From Pirellulales bacterium (lineage in GTDB: Bacteria > Planctomycetota > Planctomycetia > Pirellulales > PALSA-1355): a stretch of DNA of 64,000 nucleotides. The position numbers and the translations under genes are program-made. Under the pieces are notes generated by a model. It worked only from the letters and a program-made list of their open reading frames with translations. It made no database searches and had not been told where the DNA came from. Positions 21,901 to 33,188 of the stretch are shown one piece after another (the first letter of the stretch is position 1; each line of letters starts with the position of its first letter). The stretch covers positions 1,664,001 through 1,728,000 of the forward strand of contig CAVTBU010000005.1 in NCBI GenBank assembly GCA_963733035.1, written 5' to 3'.

Positions 21901-22062
21901 CTTTCGCGACGCGCTGTCTGGCCCGTGGCAAGCAAAACAATTGTCGGCCAAAATCGGCCGCACCTGGCGGTTGTAGCCGATCGCATCGTCGGCCCGCGAA
22001 GTGGAAATGGAGACGAACCATCCAACGACCAGGGCGACCGTCCAACAGCAGCGCCGTAGCAT
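18904..22062 (-). CDS. Planctomycete cytochrome c + DUF1549 + LamG-like + DUF1553 protein, two apparent frameshifts (~20240 and ~20110-20120)
   Basis: CFACHGPD, NPIDEFVLAKL, WLDAARYADT, CAVCHDHKFDP, LamG-like WHYVTVTYDG, PLTARVTVNRFWQ, NTPLQAL; spread over ORFs 20230-22062, 19902-20333 and 18904-20094. Confidence 0.9.
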
Positions 22063-22496
22063 CTTCGAACCCCCGGGGAAGCTTTGTCAGGTGGGACTCA
22101 ACCGCGCTTGCAGGCGGGTACTTGGCACCGGGCTGAAGGTAGGAAGGTAGGGGGCCGGTTACCATTGCCGCCAATGTTGCATTATAAACGGTTCGCACCA
22201 CGCTGAAAACAATCCTGGGGCAAGACTTTAGGGAAGATTTGCCGGGCGTGCGAGCTCGGGCGCTGACCGAGCGCGAACCGCTCGCGCGGGCGGCGCAGTA
22301 TTTGCTTTTCCGCTCGCTTGTGTGCCGCTGTGCCGCGATTTACAACGTTTTGCATGGTAAACTTGCTCACCCACCGGGCGAGTTGCCGGTCTTTTAGGCA
22401 TTACCGACCGGCTATTGCAACCTGTCGGTGCGCGCATCTGGCGGCATGCGTGTCTCGACCGCGCCCTTTCAGGTACCCTTCGAAAGCCCTGCACCG

Positions 22497-25400
22497 ATGG
22501 CCATCCGCGTCGCCCTCAATCATCGCACCACGTATCGCTACGACCGCCACGTGACGCTGGGACCGCAAGTCGTGCGACTGCGTCCGGCTCCGCACTGCCG
22601 CACGCCGGTGGTGAGCTACTCGCTGAAAGTCAGCCCGCAGAAACATTTTCTCTCTTGGCAACAAGACCCCCACGGCAACTTCCTGGCCCGGCTGGTATTT
22701 CCCGAGAAGACCGACCACTTCGATTTGCAGGTCGACCTGGTGGCCGAGATGACCGTTATCAACCCGTTCGATTTCTTTCTGGAAACGGACGCCAACAAAT
22801 TCCCGTTCCGCTACGCCGAGTGGCTCGACTCGGAACTGGCTACCTATCGCAAATGCCAGACGCCGGGGCCGTTGTTTCAGGAGTTCCTGAATTCGATCCC
22901 GCGGAACTTCGAAGGCACGGTCGATTTCCTGGTCGACTTGAACCGCTACGTGCACGAGCAGATTAGCTACTCGATTCGCATGGAGCCGGGCGTCCAAACT
23001 TGCGAAGAAACTTTGCAGCGGCGAAATGGCTCGTGCCGCGATACCGCCTGGCTGTTGGTGCAAACGCTCCGTCATCTCGGGCTGCCCGCGCGATTCGTGT
23101 CGGGATACCTGATCCAACTCAAACCCGACGTCAAGCCGCTCGATGGTCCAGCCGGCGCCGCCGAGGACTTTACCGACCTGCATGCCTGGAGCGAGGTGTA
23201 TTTGCCCGGCGCCGGTTGGGTTGGGCTCGACCCCACGTCCGGCTTGCTGACCGGCGAAGGCCACCTGCCATTGGCCGCCACGCCCGACCCGGCTTCGGCC
23301 GCGCCGATTACCGGCGGTGTGGAGCCGTGCGAGACCCAGTTCGAGTTTTCCATGTCGCTCCAACGGATTCACGAAGATCCGCGTGTGACCAAACCCTACG
23401 ACAACGCGCAGTGGTCGCGCATTGCCGCGCTCGGTCACGAAGTCGACCGGGCGCTCACGGCGGGCGACGTGCGGCTGACGATGGGGGGCGAACCGACGTT
23501 CGTATCGATCGACGACATGGACGGACCCGAATGGAACATCACGGCGCTTGGCCCCGATAAGCGCCGCCTGGCCGGAAAGCTGTTCACGCGGCTGGCCGAT
23601 CGCTTTGCCGCGGGGCCGCTGCTGCACTACGGACAAGGTAAATGGTATCCGGGCGAATCGCTGCCCCGCTGGGTACTCGGATGTTACTGGCGCAAAGACC
23701 GCGAACCGATTTGGACCGATCCGGGCTGGATCGCCCGCGATGAAGTCCAGTACGGGTTGACCGACATCGACGCGCAGCGGTTTACCCTCGCCCTTGCCGA
23801 GCGGTTGGGCGTAGGGGGCGAGTTTGCGATTCCGGCCTACGAAGACGTGTGGTATTACCTCTGGAAATCGCGTCGACTGCCGGTCAATGTCGACCCGTTG
23901 CAGTCGAATCTGAACGATCCAGAGGAGCGCGAGCGGTTGGCGAAAGTGTTCGAGCAAGGTCTCGAAAAGATCGTTGGCTATGCCCTCCCCCTACGCCCAC
24001 GCGAAGACTGGGCCGGCGTGCCCGCTTGGGAAAGCGGACCTTGGTTTTTGCGGCAGGAGCATATGTTCCTGATTCCGGGCGACTCGCCGATGGGATTCCG
24101 GCTGCCGCTCGATTCGCTGCCCTGGGTCGCCAAACTGGACGTGCCATTGCATTGGCAACGCGATCCGTTCGCCGAGCCGGTCGATCTGCCAAGCTACCAT
24201 CGCCTGGCCACCGAAGGACAATGGCCGCGACACTCGGGCAACGGGGCATCCAGCCATTTGGAACGACAACGGCGTCTGGTGCGTCAAGTTGCCGGCGTCG
24301 GCGGTGGCGGCCACCTGCCCGACGAGCCGGGCGACGAACTTCCAGAGGAAGGCGGCGAAGGTGAAGCTCCACCGCATTGGACTCGCCCCAGCCCGGGCCA
24401 ATCGGCTCGCCACCTGGTACGCACGGCGGTTTGTGTCGAAGCGCGCGGTGGCACGATGCACGTGTTCATGCCGCCGGTCGAAGCTGTCGAGGAATACTTG
24501 CATCTGACCAGCGCCGTCGAACAAACGGCCCGCGCCTTGGCCATGCCGGTGCGCAGTGGAAGGGTATCAGCCGCCGCACGACGAGCGGCTGCAGCACTTC
24601 AAGGTGACGCCCGACCCCGGCGTGATCGAAGTCAACTTGCAGCCGTCGGGTGATTGGCAGGAACTGATTGACAACACCACGACGCTGTATGAAGAAGCCC
24701 GGCAGACGCGGTTGGGGACCGAAAAGTTCATGCTCGACGGACGCCATACTGGCACCGGCGGTGGCAATCACCTGGTGCTCGGCGGGGCGACGCCAGGGCA
24801 TAGTCCGTTCCTGCGGCGACCGGATTTACTTGCCAGCCTGGTCCGCTACTGGAATAACCGGCCGAGTTTGTCGTACCTCTTCTCGGGCCTGTTCATCGGT
24901 CCGACCAGCCAGGCTCCGCGCGTTGACGAGGCGCGACACGAATCGATCTACGAGCTCGAGACGGCTTTCGCCCAATTACCCAAGGACGGTAGCGAGCAGC
25001 CCTGGGTGGTTGACCGCGTGCTGCGCAATCTGCTGGTCGATCTGACCGGCAACACGCACCGCACCGAGTTTTGCATCGACAAATTGTTCTCGCCCGACTC
25101 ATCTGCCGGCCGCTTGGGGCTGGTCGAATTTCGCGGCTTCGAAATGCCACCTCACGCGCAAATGAGCCTTACGCAGCAGTTGCTGCTGCGGGCGATTGTC
25201 GCCTGGCAATGGAAGAAACCGTACACGCAAAAGCTCGTTCGCTGGGGCACTTCGCTGCACGACCGATTCATGCTGCCGCACTTCGTGGCCCAGGATTTCC
25301 AGGAAGTGATCGAAGAGCTCAACGACGCGGGCTTTCCGTTCGAACAGGAATGGTTCGCGCCGCACTTCGAGTTTCGCTTCCCGCTGGTGGGACAAATCAC

Positions 25401-25957
25401 GCACGCGCGGTATCCACGTCGAGCTGCGCCAAGCAATCGAGCCGTGGAACGTGCTGGGCGAGGAACCGGCCGGCGGCGCGACCGTGCGGCACGTTGATTC
25501 GTCGCTCGAACGATTGCAGGTTACCGTCCGCGGCATGACCGACTCACGGCACGTGCTGGCCTGCAACGGCCGACGGGTTCCCTTGCATCCGACCGGCACA
25601 CCCGGCGAATTCGTGGCCGGCGTGCGTTTCCGGGCGTGGCAGCCGCCATCGTGTTTGCATCCCACGATCGGAGTTCACGCGCCCCTGGTATTCGATCTAA
25701 TTGATAGCTGGAATGAGCGCTCGATCGGTGGTTGCACCTGGCACGTGGCCCATCCCGGCGGACTCAGCTTCGAACGATTTCCGGTCAACGCCTACGAGGC
25801 CGAAAGCCGCCGCGTGGCACGCTTCTATCCGTTTGGTCATACCGGTGGCCGGTTGCCCGTTCCGCCAGCCGAAGCCAACCGCGATTTTCCCTTCACGCTC
25901 GATTTGCGGCGACGGGTACAGCTAGCAACGCTCGACGAGGGCGTAACGCCGGGCTGA
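22497..25957 (+). CDS. Transglutaminase-like + DUF2126 (putative amidoligase) fusion protein, two apparent frameshifts (~24552 and ~25406)
   Basis: [31 protein letters not shown] (transglutaminase triad); [58 protein letters not shown] (DUF2126). Confidence 0.9.
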
Positions 25958-26013
25958 TTCGGCAGGAGCGACCCGACGCACGACTCTCGCCGGCACAACC
26001 GTCGGCCGGATGT

Positions 26014-27330
26014 TCAACCGATCTCGAATCCCTTCCGCTGCTGGCGGCTGAGCCAGCCGTTGGCCTCGTCATCGCCGATGAACCGTTCGGCATCGGGGTC
26101 CCAGCGCAGCTTGCGGCCCAGCCGCATTGAGATGTTGGCCAGGTGGCAGACGCTGACTGAGCGATGTTGGCTGTGGACGTCGGAAATGGGCTGCTGGCGC
26201 GAGCGAACGCAATCGAAAAAGTTGCCCATGTGGTTGACGATCGCGTCGAGCTTGCCGCTGCGAGCGGGGCGGTCGAGATTGTCGTGCTCGTACAGCACGT
26301 AGTCCTCGCGCTCGAGCGGCTCGTCCTGGAGCTGGTCGACGGCTACGCCGGCCACCGTGCCTCGATTGGCAAAGATGCGGCCCCCCTCCCCTTCGAACAT
26401 CACGCCGTTGCGACCTTCGTCGAGAATCTCCAGCTCCACGCCATCGGCATAGCGGAACCTGGCGGAGTAATTGACGGCCACGTTGTAGCCGTTCGGTACG
26501 TCCGGAAAGTCCGCCCGCCCGTCGATTTCGACCGGCCCCGAATCCTGCATGCCGGCGCCCCACTGGGCAATGTCGACGTGATGGGCACCCCAGTCGGTCA
26601 TCTGTCCGCCGGAGTACTCGTACCACCAACGGAAGGTGTAGTGCGTTCGCTCGGGGATGTAGGGAACGTCGGGAGTCTGCCCTTGCCAGAGTTCCCAGTT
26701 GAAATGGTTTGGCACCGACGCGGTTGAAAACGGTCCGCCGGTCTTGTTCTTACCGAGCGTGACGCCGACTTTTTGCAGCTTGCCAATGCGCCCTTGACGC
26801 ACCATCTCGCAGGCCAGGCGAAAGTTTGCGTCGCTGCGCTGCCAGGAACCCACCTGCACGACGCGGCCGGTTTCTTCGACCACGCGTGTCATCAGCTTGC
26901 CTTCGTCGATCGTGAGCGTCAGCGGCTTTTCGCAATACACGTCCTTGCCGGCCCGGCAAGCGTCGATGACCATCTGGGTGTGCCAGTGGTCGGGCGTGCC
27001 GATCAGGATCACGTCCAGATCGGGCCGCTCGAGCAGGCGGCGATAATCCTCGTAGAGTTCGGCCTTGCCGCCGAATTGCTCGCGAGCTTTCTCGGCAATC
27101 TCCCGATCGACGTCGGCGATGGCGACCAGGTCGCCTTCGGCTAGTGCTTTTTCCGTAATCACCGAGCCCTGGTAGCGCATGCCGATCGCTCCCAAGCGGA
27201 AGCGGTCGTTCTTCGCACGCGGCCGCGCGCGCTCTTCGGCATCGGCCGTGAACACGTAAGGATTCAGCAATCCCGCGGCCAGCGCGGCACCACTGGTCTG
27301 CAAGAACTGTCGGCGATTCGCTCCGTTCAC
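26014..27330 (-). CDS. Tat-exported Gfo/Idh/MocA family oxidoreductase
   Basis: NRRQFLQ Tat motif; IGTPDHWH, DVYCEKPL, QMTDWGAHHVD. Confidence 0.93.
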   Translation of the reverse strand: MNGANRRQFLQTSGAALAAGLLNPYVFTADAEERARPRAKNDRFRLGAIGMRYQGSVITEKALAEGDLVAIADVDREIAEKAREQFGGKAELYEDYRRLLERPDLDVILIGTPDHWHTQMVIDACRAGKDVYCEKPLTLTIDEGKLMTRVVEETGRVVQVGSWQRSDANFRLACEMVRQGRIGKLQKVGVTLGKNKTGGPFSTASVPNHFNWELWQGQTPDVPYIPERTHYTFRWWYEYSGGQMTDWGAHHVDIAQWGAGMQDSGPVEIDGRADFPDVPNGYNVAVNYSARFRYADGVELEILDEGRNGVMFEGEGGRIFANRGTVAGVAVDQLQDEPLEREDYVLYEHDNLDRPARSGKLDAIVNHMGNFFDCVRSRQQPISDVHSQHRSVSVCHLANISMRLGRKLRWDPDAERFIGDDEANGWLSRQQRKGFEIG

Positions 27331-27348
27331 AATTGTTTCTCCTCTCGG

Positions 27349-28498
27349 CTACTCGCGAACCTGCTCGAAGTAGTAGGTGCCCTTCTTGTTCGACGTGACG
27401 ACGTCCAGCAGACCGTCGGCGTTGACGTCGGCCACTTCGAACTGCGTACCCACTCCGCTGTCGTGATCGATTTCGTGCGGCGTCCACACGGGTTTACCGT
27501 CTTGGCGCTGCAGTTCGAACCACATCACCACGGCCGGATCATCGGGCCGGATATCCCCTTTCGGTCCGTGCGCCCAATAACGCTTGCCGGTGACAAAGTC
27601 CATCAGGCCGTCGCCGTTGATGTCGGCCAGATTCAACGAGTGCGTTTGCGTGATCGCGGTCGTGATCTCGTGGGTCTTCCAGCCGTCGGGCGATTGCTCG
27701 TGCCACCAGATGCCTTCGCCGTGTGCGCTGCTCGATAGCACGTCGTTGTCGCCATCGCCGTCGAAGTCGTAGGCATACATCTGCGCAAGGCTGGCCGAAC
27801 TTCACGGGGTGGAATACCCACGGCGAGCCGGACTCCTCGGCCGGGGCTTCCCACCAGCCTTCAACCACCATCACGTCGTCGCGGCCATCGCCGTTGATGT
27901 CGCCCGAGCCAATGCCATGGGAGAATCGATCGGTAGCCGGGGCGTTTTCGGCCGACACGGACACCAGCGGCCACAGCCCTTCCTTCGCGGGCTTGGCAAA
28001 CCCAACATGCTTGCCGGGATCGTAGGCCAGCAGCAGCTCGCGCAGGCCGTCGCCGTCGATGTCGCGATAATCAGGGCTCTCATTGTTCGTGACCGGTGTG
28101 GCGGTATGCCGTTTCCAGGCGCCGTCGGCGGCAGCCGGTTGTTCGAACCACCAGGTTTCCTTGCCCGGAAAGTCGACCACGATCAGGTCGGTGCGGCCGT
28201 CGCCGCTGACGTCGTCGGCAAAGTTCTGAAACGACGTGCTGTAGTTGTGCGGATCGTACTCGGGCGGATTCTCGACCACCGGCACCAGCTTCCAGTCGGG
28301 TGCGGCAAAGTAGACGGGTCCGGCCGAGACGTCGAGCTTGCCGTCGCTGTTGAAGTCCCCAACCGAGACACCTTCGCTGCGGAATTTGGGTTCGAGTTGC
28401 GTGCGCTTAAAGGAAATCCGGGGGCTCTTTTCGGCAGCCGGCAAAAGTGCCGGACTGGCCAGACAGGCCGCCAGCGCAAGACACGTCAATCGTTTCAT
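27349..28498 (-). CDS. Secreted FG-GAP/VCBS repeat beta-propeller protein, apparent frameshift near 27783-27786
   Basis: Signal peptide; repeated D(F/I)NGDG-x-D motifs (GDFNSDGKLD, DIDGDG, GDINGDGRDD, DFDGDGDND, ADINGDGLMD) continuing across ORFs 27539-28498 and 27349-27780. Confidence 0.87.
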
Positions 28499-28837
28499 GG
28501 CGGGGTTCCCAAGTCGCGGAGGGATGGACAGGTTGTCAGCCTAGTCGACGTGCGGCGGCGACGCAAACCAGTAGCGCGCCGACGGGGCCCTAGGCGGCGA
28601 TGGCGAATGAGCCGCGGGGCAGGGAAGGGCGGTCAACGGGGGCCGGCCGGCAACGCCGAGGGCCGACCAACGAGCTGGCGTCGTCAAGCTGGCTGTTGAA
28701 ATATGCCGTCGTGGCAGATTCCAACTTCGCCAAGTGCGCGGCAAAGCCGCATACGGCTCGCAAAACAACGACTTGGGTCGCGGTTTTGAGATCGCATCCA
28801 TGCGATCGACCGGTCCGTCGAAGACTTCAACCGAAAG

Positions 28838-29593
28838 CTAGAGCATGCTTTCGAGCAACAGCCGCATTTTGCGGAGTTCGGCGATGTGGTCGACCCCTTC
28901 CATCGCGGTGATATGCACGACCAGGGCACGATTGTATTTGACCCGTTCAAGCTGCGAGAGCAGCCGACTGTATTCGATTTCGCCTTGCCCGATGCGGACT
29001 TGCAGTTTGTCTTTGGATGTATCGCGCAGGTGGACGTTGTACACGTACTTCATCACCTGATCGTAATTGCCGCCGGCGTGCGGGCCGTAAATGTAGTGGC
29101 TGGGATCGAGCGTCAGGCCGAGCCCTTTCACGTTGTCGCACAACACGACGGCCGTGTCGGGATCCTGCGTGATCTTGCCGGTTTCAGTTTTGATGCTGAC
29201 CAGCACGCCCTCGCGCGAGGCGATGCCGACCAGCCGTTGCAGCCGCTCGATCTCGGCATTGAACGGCGTGCCGATCTCCGCGGCCGGCGCCGTGAGCGAA
29301 ACGACCTTGGTCGCCTTGGCCAGCCGGCAACAGGCGGCGAACTGGTCGTAGTATTCCTCCCCCTCGGCGTCGATGTCGATGCTGTAGCCGCTGATTGTCA
29401 GCCGATACGTTTCGCGGCAGGCGGCAATGACGCTGTCCAGATCCTTCATCAAATCCGACGGCTTGATCTGACCTCCGCGCTCGTGGATCGCAATCTCGAT
29501 GTTGGAGTATTCCAAGTCGACGAAGCGCTGGAGCACTCCATCAAGCGATAACTCCGGAAAACACTCGCTCGAAGCGGCAACAAACACTCGCAA
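28838..29593 (-). CDS. Sugar phosphate isomerase/epimerase (xylose isomerase-like TIM barrel)
   Basis: LTLDPSH, NVHLRD, GQGEIEY motifs. Confidence 0.8.
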   Translation of the reverse strand: MRVFVAASSECFPELSLDGVLQRFVDLEYSNIEIAIHERGGQIKPSDLMKDLDSVIAACRETYRLTISGYSIDIDAEGEEYYDQFAACCRLAKATKVVSLTAPAAEIGTPFNAEIERLQRLVGIASREGVLVSIKTETGKITQDPDTAVVLCDNVKGLGLTLDPSHYIYGPHAGGNYDQVMKYVYNVHLRDTSKDKLQVRIGQGEIEYSRLLSQLERVKYNRALVVHITAMEGVDHIAELRKMRLLLESML

Positions 29594-29843
29594 TTCCTCC
29601 TTGCAGCGGTACGGCTGGGCAACTGGCGGCTTAGCTTACCGGGTACGACCGAGTTTTGGCAACACCGCGCGAGCCGTCGCGTGCGACTTTGCGTCGCGCT
29701 TCTCAACCCGCGACCGATCTATCGGGCTTGAAACACCGCCCTATAATGAGATGGCTTCCGCGCGACGGCGCGGCAGTCAAATCGTCGTCTTGCCCGCTCT
29801 GCTATCACGTTGGCACGCTGCTCCATTCTTTCGAGGTGGTCTT

Positions 29844-30917
29844 ATGGAACCCGAACAATCATCCCCGCGTACCCCCCCGCCGCCACCGTATCTCGATCCT
29901 CGCACGCCGCTGCGCGTCATCATCGAGCCGCCCCGCGGGAGCTGGCTCGTCCGTGGCGCCCGCTGGATCATCACGATCGGCCTGGTCCTGTTCGTCATCG
30001 GCCTGCTGTACGGCGAGTCGTCCGACAAACTGAACGAGGAGTGGCATTCGCTGAGCAAGTCCTCTGATAATAAGGTCGCGATCATTCGCGTCGAGGGCAC
30101 GATCATGGGCGACGAGGGGTACGTCAAGGACCAAATCGAACAGGTGCGCGAGGACGATGACGTGAAGGCGATCGTCCTGCGCGTCGATTCGCCCGGCGGC
30201 ACGGTCACCGGCAGCGACTACATCTACCATCACCTCAAGAAACTGGTTGATGACAAGCAGGTTCCGCTGGTCGTGAGCATGGGCGGCGTTGCCGCCAGCG
30301 GCGGCTATTATGTGGCCATGGCCGCTGGCGACACGAAGGACACGATCTTTGCCGAACCCACCACCTGGACCGGTTCGATCGGTGTGATCATTCCTCACTA
30401 CAACATCGCCAAGTTGCTCGAAAGCTGGGATATTCAGGACGACTCGATCGCCAGCAATCCACTCAAGATGATGGGCAGCCCCACCCGCGACTTCCCCGAG
30501 CCGATTCGGGCGGAGGAGCAAAAGATTCTGGAAGGGCTCGTGCAATCGAGCTTTGCGGACTTCAAGGAAATCGTGCTGGCGAGCCGCTCGGCACTGCGCG
30601 ACGATCAGGCCAAGCAGGACGTCGTGTTCACCGGTCGGATCTTCACGGCCAAACAGGCCAAGGAAAATCTGCTGGTCGATCGGCTCGGATTCATCGAAGA
30701 CGCGATCGATCGTGCCTTGGAAATGGCAAACCTTGACCGCAAAAATGCACAGGTGGTCAAGTACAAGAAACCGGTCGGCGCCCTCGACCAGTTGTTGTTT
30801 GGCTCACGTAGTCAAGCTAGGCAAATCGACATCGCGAGTTTGGCCGACCTAACCGTTCCGCGGGCATACTACATCTGTACCTGGCTCCCGGCGCTGTCGG
30901 GTCTTGCGAGGCCATAG
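29844..30917 (+). CDS. sppA: Signal peptide peptidase SppA (36K type, S49)
   Basis: KAIVLRVDSPGG, SMGGVAASGGYY, TGSIGV, FTGRIF; GAGGTG Shine-Dalgarno before ATG 29844. Confidence 0.93.
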   Translation: MEPEQSSPRTPPPPPYLDPRTPLRVIIEPPRGSWLVRGARWIITIGLVLFVIGLLYGESSDKLNEEWHSLSKSSDNKVAIIRVEGTIMGDEGYVKDQIEQVREDDDVKAIVLRVDSPGGTVTGSDYIYHHLKKLVDDKQVPLVVSMGGVAASGGYYVAMAAGDTKDTIFAEPTTWTGSIGVIIPHYNIAKLLESWDIQDDSIASNPLKMMGSPTRDFPEPIRAEEQKILEGLVQSSFADFKEIVLASRSALRDDQAKQDVVFTGRIFTAKQAKENLLVDRLGFIEDAIDRALEMANLDRKNAQVVKYKKPVGALDQLLFGSRSQARQIDIASLADLTVPRAYYICTWLPALSGLARP

Positions 30918-30950
30918 GACAGCTAACAGCAAAATGATGATGCCAATGCA

Positions 30951-32027
30951 CTACGAATCATTCTTCGCATCGGCCGGCCCTGGCAACTCGGCCGCCGTGG
31001 GCTTGGGCTGAGCCGGGTTGCGACGCGGCGGCCTGGAGCCATCCTCGGGCTTTGCCGGCGACCCATCACCGTGATCTCGCCCGCGTTCGTGACGGTGTCG
31101 GTCTGAGCGGCCGCTAAACGGTCTGCGAGATGGACCGCCACTCCGTTCGAAGTACATTTTGCGCAGCTCTTGCAGCATTTCCTCGCGGGGCTTTTGCAGC
31201 AATCGCTCGCGCTCGGCCGGCGGAACTTCGGTCTGCAGGAACTGCAGGAGTTGCTCGCCGACCACGGGGTTGCTGCGCCGGCCATGCTGCCACGATGCCG
31301 ACCGCCGCAGGGAAGCGAAGATCCAGCCGCGCACAAGTTGCCGCTGCTCTTCCAAGGTGGAGGCCTTGGCCAATTCGGCCCGGGCGGCTTCCGAGAGCTT
31401 CGCGGTCAAGCGGTCAAGATCCGCCTGCGTGACCCGCGACGGTTCGTCGCCGCCACGCGAACGGCCAAACAAGCGATAAACCAGTGCCATCTGCTTGGCG
31501 CCCGGATCGGTTTGCTTGTTGTACCAATCGCGAAATTTACCTGGAATGCTGGCCACCAGCGCTTCGCGGTCGCGATCGACAAGTTCGTCAACCCAGCGGC
31601 GAATATCGCGCATATCTTGCCAAGTGAGAGGTTCGAGTCGCTGGGCGTCGCGTTGCACGCGCAGCAGATGTTCCACCTCTCGAATCCGATCGCGGGGCGG
31701 AAGCTCGGCGAGCTTTGCCCGCTCGGTCGTGGTGATCGTCTTGAGCCATTCGTGATAATGTTCGAGGACGGCCAGCAATCGCTCGGAGTTTGGATCGGCC
31801 GTGATCGCCGCCTGCAGCTCGCGCAGGCGCTGCTGTTCGGCGGCCGGCAGGGCATTGAATCGTTCGAACTTGTGCAACAACTCCTGCTGTCTGGCGGGAT
31901 CCATCGCCGCGACTCGGACGCGTCGCGCTTCCAATTCCTCGCTGCTCGGGTTGCCCGACGTGGCCAGTGCCAAAAGCACGACCACCAGCAGCCCTGCGCG
32001 GCGGATGGGTCGCTGGTTAACCTGCAT
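30951..32027 (-). CDS. Exported all-helical protein, DUF3106-like, third gene of ECF cassette
   Basis: Signal-like N-terminus; short helical repeats (FNALPAAEQQRL, YHEWLKTITTTERAKLAELPP); start overlaps the anti-sigma stop. Confidence 0.65.
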   Translation of the reverse strand: MQVNQRPIRRAGLLVVVLLALATSGNPSSEELEARRVRVAAMDPARQQELLHKFERFNALPAAEQQRLRELQAAITADPNSERLLAVLEHYHEWLKTITTTERAKLAELPPRDRIREVEHLLRVQRDAQRLEPLTWQDMRDIRRWVDELVDRDREALVASIPGKFRDWYNKQTDPGAKQMALVYRLFGRSRGGDEPSRVTQADLDRLTAKLSEAARAELAKASTLEEQRQLVRGWIFASLRRSASWQHGRRSNPVVGEQLLQFLQTEVPPAERERLLQKPREEMLQELRKMYFERSGGPSRRPFSGRSDRHRHERGRDHGDGSPAKPEDGSRPPRRNPAQPKPTAAELPGPADAKNDS

Positions 32028-32520
32028 GCTCGCTGTCTCCTTCGTCGAAGAGATGTTTTTCGTCGAGCATCCGCAGGAACTCAATGTCGTCGGCTTGGTA
32101 GTAGAGATCGAGATTTTCCAGGAGCGGCAAATCACGGAGCAGCTGTTCGTTCGGGTCGGGCCACACTTGGTTTCCGATGGCAAATCCGACGAGCAGCGCG
32201 GCGACCATCGAAATCACGCCGGCCAGTCGTTGCCGCTGACGCTGGCGAGGCAATTGACGCGTGACCTCCCTTGCGTCTTCGGCGGCCGAAAGGGCCACCA
32301 TCTCGAGCGTGGTCTTCGTGAATTCCTCACCGACCGACGCTCGCGGCAATCGGTCGAGTAAGCCCCAGGCGCGCTCCATTTCCTGCAACTGCCGGTGATA
32401 ATCCGCGTCGCGGGCCAACCGCTCTTCCACGCGGCGCACGCCTTCGGCGTCCAGTTCGCCGTCGAGATAAGCGGACAGCTCGTCTTCGACTTCATTTGGT
32501 GTGGAAAAATGGTCTGCCAT
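32017..32520 (-). CDS. Membrane-anchored anti-sigma factor
   Basis: ELSAYLDGELD…RVEERL anti-sigma N-terminus, one TM helix, C-terminal DLPLLENLDLY…DIEFL; directly follows the ECF sigma. Confidence 0.8.
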   Translation of the reverse strand: MADHFSTPNEVEDELSAYLDGELDAEGVRRVEERLARDADYHRQLQEMERAWGLLDRLPRASVGEEFTKTTLEMVALSAAEDAREVTRQLPRQRQRQRLAGVISMVAALLVGFAIGNQVWPDPNEQLLRDLPLLENLDLYYQADDIEFLRMLDEKHLFDEGDSEHAG

Positions 32521-32552
32521 GGTCGGCTTGATTCGTTTCTGTTTCGCTCGCG

Positions 32553-33188
32553 CTATTGCGGACGCGTGCCGTCCGCGAAATACGGTTCCAGCAATTCTTT
32601 CAGGTTCACGCGGGCCCTCGACAACAGCGATTTGATCGCCTGGGGCGACATTTCCATGGTGGTGGCGATGTCGGCGTAGCTCATGTCCTCGAATTTATTG
32701 AGTAGCACGGCCATTCGCTGCCGCTCACTTAGTCCCTGAAGCGCCTCGCGCACGATGTCTCGCAACTCGGCCTTGTCCATTTGTCTGGCGGGCATGGCAC
32801 CGCTGGCGGCCACGGCCATCTTGTCGAGCATGCCGATGCTGCCCGACTCGGTGGGACGCGTCGAAACATTCACTTCCGGACGCCGCGAACGCGACCGCAG
32901 GGCATTGGCCGCCACGTTGTTCGCGATCGTGTATAACCAGGTGGAAAACTTGGCGCCCGCCACGTATCGCTTGCGGGCACGGTACACGCGCAAAAAAACC
33001 TCTTGGGCCAGGTCCTCGGCCTGATCGCGCCTGCCGACCAAATGCTCGAGCACCGTCACCAGCCGGTTCTGATACCGCAGCATCAACTCGTCAAAGGCAG
33101 CGGCGTTGTCGTCGCGCACCTTCAGCATCAACCGCACGTCGGGGTCTTGAAGCTGGTAGCGCTGGGCAGAGGATTCACTGACCGCCAA
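32553..33188 (-). CDS. ECF RNA polymerase sigma-70 factor
   Basis: AEDLAQEVFLRVY, FSTWLYTIANN (region 2); LSERQRMAVLL, MSYADIA, IKSLLSRAR (region 4). Confidence 0.95.
   Translation of the reverse strand: MAVSESSAQRYQLQDPDVRLMLKVRDDNAAAFDELMLRYQNRLVTVLEHLVGRRDQAEDLAQEVFLRVYRARKRYVAGAKFSTWLYTIANNVAANALRSRSRRPEVNVSTRPTESGSIGMLDKMAVAASGAMPARQMDKAELRDIVREALQGLSERQRMAVLLNKFEDMSYADIATTMEMSPQAIKSLLSRARVNLKELLEPYFADGTRPQ

Noticed and set aside
22339..22361. TTTAC-N13-GTAAA inverted repeat between DUF1553 and transglutaminase genes
   Set aside because: Only 5-bp arms with a long spacer in an AT-richer promoter region; could easily be chance.
22401..23957. 518-aa antisense ORF, and similar long antisense ORFs at 46748-48184, 11879-13042, 20890-22059 and 31170-32264
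   Set aside because: They lie opposite well-supported genes, have no recognisable motifs, and are expected from high-GC codon bias suppressing stops on the opposite strand.
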